Assembly (NCBI GenBank): GCA_000934665.2
Contig: KZ538544.1
Span: 1-63,412 of the forward strand
Direction: 5' to 3'
Source: Catajapyx aquilonaris
Taxonomy: Eukaryota
DNA length: 63,412 bases
Made by a program: the position numbers and the translations under genes. The notes under the pieces are model-generated. The model made no database searches. It was given only the letters and a program-made list of their open reading frames with translations, and had not been told where the DNA came from. This document shows positions 25,189-38,945 of this stretch, in pieces. Numbering within the stretch: the stretch's first letter is position 1; every line of letters starts with the position of its first letter.

Positions 25189-25383
25189 ATGAGAACAGTT
25201 TTGAGAAAAAGGCCTTTGAAGGTTATACCTGTGAAATTAATTCGGTAATCTTTTCGGTCAGTTATGGCAGAAGTATGCAGATTTCACCAGCCTGATTTTA
25301 ACTGAATGAAGTAGGATATGTTCCTGGGCGTAGCTCAATTTTGACAATTTTGTGGGTTGACCCATTATTGCATGACACTGTCC
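25189..25383. repeat. Partial copy of the MITE at 35465-35662
   Basis: Shares ATGAGAACAGTTTTGAGAAAA..., CAGAAGTATGCAGATTT, TGATTTTAACTGAATGAA and the right TIR TGTGGGTTGACCCATTATTGCATGACAC with 35498-35662. Confidence 0.75.
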
Positions 25384-25880
25384 AATTACCACTAGCTTTT
25401 CGCCAACTTGTGCATCCTATCTCGAGTCGAAAATGAGGTCGAAGCACGTTCCTGGAACTCTGGAAGGAAGAGAGAGGGACCATACGAAGAGAGGGGGGGT
25501 TCAGCCTGGGAAGATTCGACCATGAAGAACTTCGATAACGGCACTTGCTGTGCAACCAGCCAGCTCTCTCTTTGGTTGGTGGAGGGTTGTTCCTTCTGAT
25601 TTTTTTGCGGGCTCAGGATGTGTTCCAAGTTGACGTGCGTTTCGCTTCTGCTTTTATGGCCGTCGTTCGGTTGCGGGGAAAGGCTATCAGCTAGGCAAAT
25701 ACGCTTAGGATGTGTTAAATATGAGGAGGTTTTAAAAGGCAGGCCTGGTTACAGCACTGGTTATTAACTGCTGCGGGTTCTGTTTGTTGACAGTTAACTA
25801 CTACGGCACACACACTGTGGGTTCAGGTTTCAATTCGTATCAGAAGATTCCTCTTATGGGATTGGCTGATTTGCAAACAC

Positions 25881-25882
<2 letters not shown>

Positions 25883-25948
<66 letters not shown>

Positions 25949-26226
25949 TCATACCCCGTTATTAGCCGGCCGGCGGCTCTTTAGGGGTGATATATTTTTT
26001 TGACTGGAACTCTTCGTTTCGTTTTTACTGCGCTTTTTGGGATATGATAGGAAAGGAAGGATGCGGCTGTGGCCTATTAGTTTAGGAAACAACTCCGGAA
26101 TTCTCCTGGAGGAACCGTGGGAAACCACAGAAAACCACGGTTAGAGTTGCCGGCACCGGGATTCGAACCGAGTACCTCCCGATTAGCAGTCGGATACCAT
26201 ATCCCCTCCGCCACCACTGCTTCGGT
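25883..26226 (-). mobile_element. tRNA-derived SINE (family A), second copy
   Basis: The reverse complement aligns with 666-1044 over its full length (head ACCGAAGCAG...GACTGCTAATCGGGAGGTACTCGGTTCGAATCCC, same body, (TTA)n tail). No clear TSD. Confidence 0.9.
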
Positions 26227-26235
26227 TAAATAATA

Positions 26236-26294
<59 letters not shown>

Positions 26295-29200
26295 GGTAAG
26301 GTATAGTTTCACTTCCCAAAGTGACTCATTATTATTCATCCACTTTTCCCTTCCGAGAATTTTTCCGGCAGAAGTAGGCCACATCTCCAGCCTGGGGACA
26401 GGTTTCAAGCAAGAGCTGACCTGTGACCTCGATCCAAGGTGGTCCAGTCCGTCCTGTCTTAGCAATTATGTAGAAGCAGCCAAAAAATGGCAGCTGCAAG
26501 ACCCTTATAAAGGTCACGACCTCGCAATTTTTGGAGGAAGATACCCACCCCCACCAGCCATCAGCCAGCACACCTTGCTGCGTGGGCACCTTCACATTGG
26601 ACCTCCGCATACGCTGTGACCGGCACGTGCAGACCTTGAAGGAAAAGAAGAGACCTATGTTAGCACGTGCCAAACATAAATGGGAGCACAGAGGGTGTTT
26701 ACCCGTCCTGCAGTTTCACCAGAAGTTACGCACTTCTTTTGACGATCTACTTCACTCGTGATGTGGTCCTTGACCAGAGGGGTTCAGGACAAGGTTGACC
26801 ACGTGGAGAACCCGGTTGCCACACACACAGGCTTGGGTTGTATGCGGGAAGTCTTGGGGAAGTACCTTGCGACACATCATGACAACCGGCTTTGTTATTG
26901 CGCGCCACAGAACAAAGCGACGTAATCAGCGCAATTAGAGTAATCTGCACATACTGTGTATAGGAAAATTTGGAAAATAATCTGGAAGCCACCCACATAG
27001 TTTTACGTAACAATATCGTGCAAAATGCTAATAACATACAGAAGCACTCCATGTATGAAAACTCAGGACCAAGACGAAACACCATCTAATTGGCCGATAG
27101 TTCCCGACCGATGCGTTCATATCTCAGGCGCATAACCGTCGTTTGTGAATAAGAGTGACAGGGATCGATCGTCCCACTTTTTGTCCCTCTTATGTGTATA
27201 TACGCACTGAGTAGAAGCGTGTTAAGTCACCCTCCTCACCCCCAATTTATGGGGTCCCCAAGCAGAAATTTTTAATGCCCAGAAAGATAACGAACAGTAA
27301 AGGACATGAGCACGTGCGGAGTTCAATTTCATGCCCACTGGATTGAGATATTTGTGCAGGGGGTGGGGAGGGGGGGGGGGGTTAGACCCACTTAATTGGC
27401 CACAAAACCCAAGCAGTATTTTCCCACACATTTGACGCCTCGTGTATAACCCCCCTATGTTGTCCCACCCAAGCACTTGACTCGAGAGGGCCGTTATATC
27501 CACGTGTAGAAGAGCTAGGGGTGAATGTCCATCACTATAGGAGCCAACCACAGCAATCGTAATTACACGCGTACAAATCGGTATATGACACACACTTGGT
27601 ATATAGCAGCAGAATCTAACAGTTGTTGCTATGGGAAAAAAATATAAGGTTGGCACGTGGAAAGAAGAACTCAGCAGGAAATGCCCAATTTTCATGGGCG
27701 CTCCGGGAGATTCCTGGTTCCGGAACTCGTGGCCATTCATAAGGGGTTTTTACTGATGAGCATTACGGTTATGTGTGGGTAGTGGGTGCATAATTAAGGA
27801 CCTATTTTAAAGTTCGGCGTCCGTGACATCGTTTCAGATTTTGAACTGACACACGCTCGGGATAAATGGCAAGGTCTCGTAATAACTGCGGAAAAATATT
27901 GTAATCAGTGATGCAGTTGGGATGGAGAGTAATTGGGCTCTTAGCTTGGAAACAAAAATTTCACTCAAAAAATATGTAAATAAAAAAAATGAAGTTAAAA
28001 TCCCGAAATTGAAGCGTCAAGGGCCATTTTAGGGTGAAAGGCTTGTAAAACGGTAGTAACTCGGCAACCCTTTGGTTACTTCAGAAGTGAAAGGAGGGGC
28101 TATACCTACACCTTATGGGGGAAGGTATAAAGGACCGGGTCGAAAAAAAAAATACATGAGTAGGCAATGAATGAGGCCAAGTCTGGACCAAGGACACTAA
28201 GACCTAAAAATCTCGGACGGGATGCTTTTGTGGCCTCCCAACCCCAATATTCGTGAGTGGTAGTTTGACAGGTCACAAAAAAAGAACGGGATGCGACACA
28301 CGCATACACAAAAAAATTTCCTTTAGGACCCCCTGGAATGGAAAGGGGTTCGAAATTGGGACTTTCACAAGTAACGTCTCTATTGCCTCCAATTGTTCAG
28401 ATCCTGATACAGCCAACTTTCACCATACACCCAAAAAAAATTATTCGGAGAATATGCAGCAACACTTATCTCATTGACGTTGGATGGTAAAAAAAAGGGG
28501 GCGTAACCTTGATTTGGTAATGTCCCTGTAATTTAATGTAACGTATTGATTGGAAGCTTTCCAGGAAATACACCTCCAGTTCTATAAAAACATATCAGCT
28601 TATCTTCCGTATTTACCACTTTTTATGACATTCCTAAAATAAACAGAAGTGGCCTCGGTTCAAAAATATTGTGTGACATCACCATATTGCTACCTATTGA
28701 ACTTAATGTTGATGACAGGGTGGCTCCTATTGCACGTACGCCTCCGTATTAACTATTCGAGTGGGTCGATATAACAGAGCGATAACCGAGAGAAGTCAGA
28801 TCAATAGGGTATTATATCGATAAAAAGAGGAGCGTTTGTCGGCGAATGTGACACCTCTAAGCCATATATCAATAATGTTTGCTCATGCTCTGTGTCACGG
28901 CCCGTCACACCCAACGAGTATGACGAACAAAATTACAGCAGATGAAATATTCGGAAGTACGGTCCACGTTACGTCCGCGTTACGTCGCATCACGCAGCTT
29001 CGCTCTGACATCAGAATGCGTAGGGGGATGCTGGATCCATTTTAGGTCCAGATCCTGGAGTGTTCCTGTATGCACGCATTATGTTTCCCCTTGGGACCGA
29101 GCCAGGGGTAGGTCCGTGAAGAAATTTGGGGACTAGGATCGGGGTTGCGGGTGAGGGTGAGGGTGTGGGTTGAGGGAGGGGGTTGAAAAAGAAGAAAAAG

Positions 29201-31149
29201 TGGGAAAGGTCTGGCCTCAGGGTACACGTGCCGGTCCTTGATTTTTTGTCAGCATCAACTTCTTCTTTTTTTTCTCTATCCTCAACCACCCCCCCAACCC
29301 CACGCCTTTTTGTGACCATCTTCCTCACCTCTTACGGTCTGTTTCCCAAGAACCTGCGCTGGCAAAAGAGATAGGGCATTCCACACGCACACAAACACTT
29401 TTTTTTGTACCACTTTTTTCGGCTTTCTCCAACACACTCGATATGTTTTTTTTTTTTTGGTGGGTAGTGTGTAAAAGGTGCGCCAAGTGGGTTCAATTCC
29501 CTCTGAGATTGCAATTTGGTAGGGGCCAAAGTCGAGACCTTGTGCGGTCATACCCACTCCTTTCAACCTCGAGCATGGACCTACAAAAAAAAAATGTTTA
29601 ATGATGTGTGTGTTCAAGGGTATGAGGGGGCTTCATTGTTTCATATTTATTGCAGTGAGACTTTTCAGCAAGAATTTTTGTGGGACGGGCAATTGGCAAT
29701 TGTTTCAGATATAGGGTCCGTTGTATACAGGCAGCTAGGTTAGTGAAGATGGAGGGCTTTGTTTATTTACGTTACGGAGCTGCACACTCACTCTTGGTGT
29801 TATGCAACGAGGCAAATACAATGTCATGTACTCGAGGAAAATGTAGGCGTTTGGCACCAACATCTGTGAAGGCCAGTTGTAGCGTCAAAAATAATATGTC
29901 GGGTGAGATCTTTTCCTCTGAAAGTTCAGGGTGAATATATGGGATGATTATACTGTAATAACAGTTCGCAATCAAATGAAGATCTTTCGCCACCCAGTAG
30001 TGTGAAACCTGCTGTACAGATCGGAATCTCTCCGTTCCACAAAAGTTTCCGTAATGAACCATTTTGTTACATACGACATACAGTATAAGTACAATTGAAA
30101 CTCGCCCCGTCGTGTCGGCCCCCCAAAAAATTGCACAAGTTTCCGCTAGTTCCATGATCCGCTGAAGGCAGGTTTCACTGTGAAACCTGTCTATAACGGA
30201 CACTGTAGATCATTTGTTTGGTCACGGCAGATAATTTTCAATGTCCATTCAACTTAAGGAATGACAGCAAATTAGGTAGGAAATTTGCAATTTATAGGTC
30301 CTGCACGAAGTTTTTATAGAGTGAGTTGAGAGGCAGGGTGTGTCGAAACATTGTTAAGTTTCACTTTTTCGAACATAGCCATAGAAGAAACATGTGGGAA
30401 TTTAATTCCCAATTTTTTTAAATCTCAGGAAGTTGAAGTCTTGTGCTTATAAGTCCTTTCAAAAACTAATAACCCGGCAACGATTGCACAATACTTTCTC
30501 CAAGATGCAATCAATTTCATTTAAAAATTTTTTGCAAACAAGATGCAACTCATAAAAATTAGGCCTCATTTAAAATCGCCATGAATGTAAAACTTGAATT
30601 TTTCTTGCGGTCTTTGTAATGAAAGAAGAAAAAAACATTGACTTCCAGTTGATTGTCCTTCTTTCGCTAGCTTTCACTCCCCCCCCNTTCCCCCCCCCCC
30701 CCCCCCCCCGAATTCGCACTAGTTCGCACCATTTCTACCCGAAATGTTCAGATTTCCTGTTTCATTTGCTGACCAATCCTGTTAGGGAACGGGGAGCGAT
30801 TCCGCTTGCAGACAGGCTTCATTGTCTTTAGTGCTTATTATTATACTCGCATGTTATGTTGTTTTTCTCGTTAGTATCGGTGGTGGTGATTTTCAGGGAA
30901 TTCCCTAAATTAGTGATATGCGGTGATTTTCCTGGTATGGGGTCAAACTAATTGACCTCGCCCTTGCCCTCTGTCCATGTGCGCAAAAAAAAATACCAGC
31001 CATGGAAAAAAAAAAGCCCGTCGTTTGTCATTTGCAACCCTTGCGCCATCTCTAGTCCTGAATGAGAACTTAATGAGCCCTGCCTGCGCATACGGTACCG
31101 TACATAAATCACTCCCTGCTATATAAACGGCGGGGACAGAAGCCCCCTT

Positions 31150-31266
31150 CAGATGATGACACAACAGTGGTCGCATGAATTTTGTCACTCTTCCAATGAA
31201 TATGTAGTAAGATCCCCCGGTCAAGGTCTGCAGATAAATCCCTGTCGCAATGATGATGAGCTGAGC
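31150..31266 (+). ncRNA. Candidate box C/D snoRNA-like RNA with its own TATA promoter
   Basis: TATATAAA at 31120-31127; TTCAGA Inr-like ~30 nt downstream; C box ATGATGA at 31153; C'-like ATGATGA at 31250; D box CTGA at 31261-31264. No target identified. Confidence 0.4.
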
Positions 31267-31377
31267 CTGGTGGTGGTCCCTGGCGACGGGAGAGGAAACG
31301 AGTCCCTTCCTTGCTCTTTCTCTCTCATGAGCGTAGCCTAGGTTTGGTTGTGCGAAAATTATCTGCGGAAATTAGCG

Positions 31378-34455
<3,078 letters not shown>

Positions 34456-35103
34456 ATTATTGGTGAAGGTGATTAAAGAAAAGTCTTCATTTGAACATAG
34501 TCAAGAAAGCAGAGCTGCCATTTTAATGCATGACTTAATTTGTTGTTACCTCTATTGGCAATGTTATGTTGTTGTTGTTCTCGTTGTTGCACTGCAGATG
34601 ATTTTGGGCACAATATAAAGTGGTAATGGAATTAATGTTATTTATTGAGAGAAACCATTTCTCCCCTGAAATAGTTGGTAATAGAAGCTTTTTCATCGTA
34701 TTATGTGAACACCTACACCATGATCAACTTGACCGACATAGAGCAAGTCCTGGTAAAATTATGCTTTGTCAAAGGAAAGATTTGGACAACTCGAGGGACC
34801 TGGTGCACATATCCCAAGGATAGTGGGTGATGCCTTGGCACTAGCAACACAGGCTGATGTGCTTCGTTGTCGAACACGAGGTTGTTGCGAGTTTCCTGCT
34901 TTGTCTACTCAACAATACATCGTAACATGGACTAGCATGCTGCCCTGTCAATGACAATGATGACATTGCAGGGGAAGTGTGGGATTGTGATGCCATCAGT
35001 GACATTGAAGTGTTGATGCACAGTGCTACGAAACAACAACACTTCAACATCGAAGGAACGCCAACCATGTCATTGACATAAACAATGACAGCATCCCTAT
35101 GCA

Positions 35104-35960
35104 TTAGAACTGCAGCATCACTGACAACAACCGAACCACTTGGGTCGTCGCTTGTCGGTACTCGAGACCACTGGATCTCCTCAGCATGTAGCACAGGGCC
35201 TGGATGAAGACAGAACCTCCTCCTACATTTCTAAATGAGTGGTATCCAAGCATTGCAGCAAATGTGACGTGCAAGTCTGGTTGTGTGAATTGCAGGATGG
35301 TGCCATTATAGCCAGCTGTGGTGGACAAAGCATCAATATCATGTGCTCAGGCAACTAGGAGGTCTCATAGGTTGGTTGGAAATCAACGTTGCTATGTGCT
35401 ACCAACTGTCCATGGTCTTCAGCACTTCCACAACAAGTCTGCATGAAAAAGAGAAGCCTTATTTGGATGGTGTTATGCAATAATGAGTCAACCCACATGA
35501 GAACAGTTTTGAGAAAATGGCCTCTGAAGGTCATTTATGACAGAAGTATGCAGATTTTGCCACCTTGATTTTAACTGAATGAATTCCTTTGGGTGTGTAT
35601 GTTCCTGGGATTAGCTAAATTGACGTTTTTGTGGGTTGGCACATTATTGCATAACACCATCCATTTCATCATCAGCAGCAAGCTTGTCTCTGTCAAAGTA
35701 GGGTAACTCTTTGATATATATCCTACACAGGTAATGCATAACATGGAGAGTCAGTAGACTTCTCTTACATGATGAGAATAGAAGCCTTTCTCTAATGCTT
35801 TCAAATGCCTTGCAGGACATTACTTACCTGGGTGAAGAATAGCTTGGGTTTCCCTGCTAGCATTGGGCAGAGATGGTCAGCAAATGCCACCCAGCGCTGC
35901 TCCGGCCTGTACACTCCGTCACTTGCACAGAGCCAGTCTTCCTGACGGCAGTAAGATACC
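35104..35960 (-). pseudogene. Caspase pseudogene fragment (two exons: ~35960-35828 and 35438-~35104)
   Basis: CPMLAGKPKLFFTQ | GT..AG intron | TCCG corresponds to the caspase GKPKLFFIQ-ACRG active-site region. The p10-like segment PDLHVTFAAMLGYHSFRNVGGGSVFIQALCYML follows. An in-frame TAG and a frameshift lie in the linker, and the His-Gly region is not recognisable. Confidence 0.8.
35465..35662. mobile_element. 198-bp MITE with 4-bp ATTT TSD (Sola-like), in the caspase-pseudogene intron
   Basis: 33-bp imperfect TIRs GGATGGTGTTATGCAATAATGAGTCAACCCACA / TGTGGGTTGGCACATTATTGCATAACACCATCC, with ATTT on both sides (35461-35464, 35663-35666). Superfamily is inferred from the TSD only. Confidence 0.75.
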
Positions 35961-35991
35961 GGTGGTATGGGTTGCAAAAACAAGCAATGAA

Positions 35992-36350
35992 ATGACTTTC
36001 AAGTGTGCACTTTGCGAAACAAAGTTTTCCACTTCCAGGGAATTAGATATGAGAGGAACACATTAAGGCAGTTCATGTTGCCCAGAAGAATATATAAATG
36101 CAAGCTGTGCCACAAAACATTTCCAATCAGTCAGGGTTTGAGTAGTCATGTTAGGTGGCATCATGGTCCTAGAAGAATAAGAGCAAAAACATTCCCTTCA
36201 GTGAAAAAAAGGGTAGTAAGACCTCTGTGGCGGAATGAAAGTACTAAAACAAGGCAGGGGCACGTAAGACCTTCACCAATTGATTTAAGCTGTACCATAG
36301 GTCTTACTCAAGCTATTTCCAATTTACTGTTCATGAAGTCTCCTTTCTGA
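35992..36350 (+). pseudogene. Frameshifted C2H2 zinc-finger gene fragment with PIDLS motif
   Basis: FKCALCETKFSTSREL..(frameshift)..EEHIKAVH, then (another frame) YKCKLCHKTFPISQGLSSHVRWHH, then PSPIDLS. Confidence 0.6.
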
Positions 36351-36389
36351 AAACAAGGGGTGGAATTTTCGTCGTACTACTATGCTGCC

Positions 36390-36546
36390 GTCAGATGTAA
36401 GAAGACCATAACTCAAAAACTAGTAAGGGTGAAAGTCGCATGCATGCCCTGCACTAATCCCCTCTTAATCAGGGGGGATTAGTGCAAGGCGTGCATGCGA
36501 CTTTCACCCTTACTAGTTTTTGAGTTACGGTCTTCTTACATCTGAC
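36390..36546. repeat. Near-perfect 157-bp palindrome
   Basis: GTCAGATGTAAGAAGACC...GCACTAATCCCC / GGGGATTAGTGC...GGTCTTCTTACATCTGAC; ~73-bp arms, 3 mismatches, very short loop. Confidence 0.9.
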
Positions 36547-36550
36547 AATA

Positions 36551-37732
36551 TGCGGGTGGTTCAGTAAATAACCTTACAAGTTGATTTACAAATTTGTACT
36601 AGACGTAACATAATGCCATTCGTGTAGTTGGTATGGAGCGTTTCAGATCCACCACGTGACACCAGGTAGATACGTGACAGCTATTTGAAGGTGGCTGCCC
36701 CAATGGAGGTGTGCACCAGAGAAGAGTAGTGGTTTCCTTTCCAGTGAAGGTGTGAAACCCACAGACATTCACCTTCGGATGAAGGAACAGTACGGTAGTG
36801 CCTGAATATCACTACAGCAGGTGTATGAATGGGCGCGGAAGTTCGCAGGAGGCTTGGCAAGTGTGCTGGACACCCCACGACCTGGACGCCTGCACACTGC
36901 TGTCATGGATGATACTGTAGTGGCCGCAGATGAGCTTCTTCGTCAAGGCGTGGGGAGGCGAAGTGGTGATGCGGTAACGTACGTGCCCATGGATGTCAAG
37001 GTCCCGGGTTCGATCCCAACCCGGGGACACCCCCTTCATCTTGCGCAGAGTTCAGGGTCACCTCTGGCTTCGTCTCGGGTGGTACTTCCACAGACTAAAC
37101 CACCCGGGGGAGTTCACTAAAAATGGCCACGTTTAAGACATTGCACTGCACCTTGCACATCCCCTCCTGTCATCCTGCCCGTGGGCCCGGGCGTTACGTA
37201 TAAAGGCTCCAATGTACACGACAAAATAAATAAAGGTCCGTGCTACATACCTCTGATGAGGTCAGCACTACCCCGGATATTATTATTATATATATTATTC
37301 TTCGTCAAGGTTGATGCATCAGTGTGAAAGATGGGGGTGTTGGGTCAGTTGAAGTCATCATACACCAGCACCTGGAAGGTACAAAAGTGTCAGCCAGATC
37401 AGATGTGTTCCCAGGCAATTGACACACGAATTGAAGGAACTGTGTGTCGATGCATGTGCATTGCTGTGCAATGCTTCTCAGACATTACGAGGAGGAAGGA
37501 GAGGACTTTTTGTGCCGTAGAGTGACTGACGATGAATGCTGGGTGCATCACTTCCGGCCAAAAACTAAACGTTCCAGCAAAGAATGGCGACACTCATCTT
37601 CCCCAAAACCCAACTCCTTTCTTTGGTGCACACCTCCAGTGGGGCCGCCGTCTTCAAATAGCTGTCACGTGTCTACCATACCTGGTATGACGTGGTGGAT
37701 CTGAAACGCTCCCAACTACTACACGAATGGCC
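36551..37732 (+). mobile_element. Decayed mariner transposon (transposase pseudogene) with an inverted duplication of its 5' region
   Basis: MEVCTREE..FLSSEGVKPTDIHLRMKEQYG..QQVYEWARKFAGGLASVLDTPRPGR (HTH region) and LLRHYEEEGEDFLCRRVTDDECWVHHFRPKTKRSSKEWRHSSSPKP (first D of the DDD motif). Stops and frameshifts are present. 36615-36726 is repeated in inverted orientation at ~37613-37732. Confidence 0.85.
36949..37297 (+). mobile_element. tRNA-derived SINE (family B) nested in the mariner
   Basis: A-box-like TGGTGATGCGG, B box GGTTCGATCCC, short TAT-rich tail. 13-bp TSD TTCTTCGTCAAGG at 36936-36948 and 37298-37310. Confidence 0.85.
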
Positions 37733-38945
37733 GTACCACCTAAAGCAAGAATAGTTCACATAATGTATGGTATTTTCCAATTTCACTAAAAATACTAGTG
37801 TGACCTTGGGATTCGTTTTCTGGCCGTGACTTTCCCGATTTGCAGCGAAAATTTGGAAAAATAAATGCGTGACGTTGGTATTCATTTTCTGACCTTGAAA
37901 TTTTACAGATTCGCAGCTAAATTTTGGAAAAATAAATGAGGCCCAACTTGTGCTGGTCAGCCAGTTGGTTCAGGTCAGCTATCATATGGACGAGGTCTTG
38001 GGAAGGGAAGGGAAGTGAGGGCTAATGGTGGGTCAAAGCAGTGACCAGATATTGGGCAAAAATAATAATTTTGGTGACGCTAATAATGCACACTATTTAT
38101 TACACAATAATTATTATACTGGGCATCCAACAAAGCATCGCTTTTCTATTTTTCATTTCTTTACTGGCTATATAAAATTTTTGGACCTATGTGAAGTGCA
38201 CAGAGGCCTCACCAATAAATTGCAGGACAGAGTGGATTGTTATGCGAAGAGCGAGAATGTTGGCATCTGGCAAGTGGCTCAGACTGAAAAGACTAATCCC
38301 AAATAAAAATAAGCCAGTTTTTCCAAGTCTTATCAATCGGACACATTTCTTCCTAATGTCTCACAGGTGTGCTACTGACCGTTGTCTACTCACACCCGTA
38401 AGTTTGTGCTCGATTAGTATGTGTTGGCACGATTAACTCTGTGTGTATTACCTTAGATTTGAGGGCAGAGGGTCAGCTGCATGTCCCAATTGAATGAAAA
38501 CTCTGCAAAGTCTTAGTTCAAGAGAACATCCAGAGTCACTACCCTGCAGTAATTGTTGCCTGAAAATAATTATTTATACTCACCTTTATGGTTTATCAAT
38601 TATCACAGATCCTTCCAGTCAACAGTGCATCCCGCCATTCTTCCAACCTTCCCAAACTCCCCGCATGTTGGCGCCACCAGACACGCAGTTGCCAGCTGCC
38701 CAAATCTGCAAAAAAATTTAATCGCTAAAACTTGCCGGACACGAAACGGATAATTGAACAACGCCCAATTAAAAGCACTCGACTTAAAAAAAAGCGACAG
38801 AAGATTAAAGGAGGGCGAGTGACGTCACCAGGGCCCCTCTTCCTCTCTCGTTGTGCTGCAGGGAGTCTGGATAATAATAAAATGTCGCAGTAGGGATTAC
38901 CCCGGCCGATTCTCCGAGACCCGGACCCATTCCCGGAGCCTGGAG

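Noticed and set aside
37250..37280. Hammerhead ribozyme at CTGATGAGGTC in the SINE B tail
   Set aside because: There is no stem II closure or GAAA core downstream.
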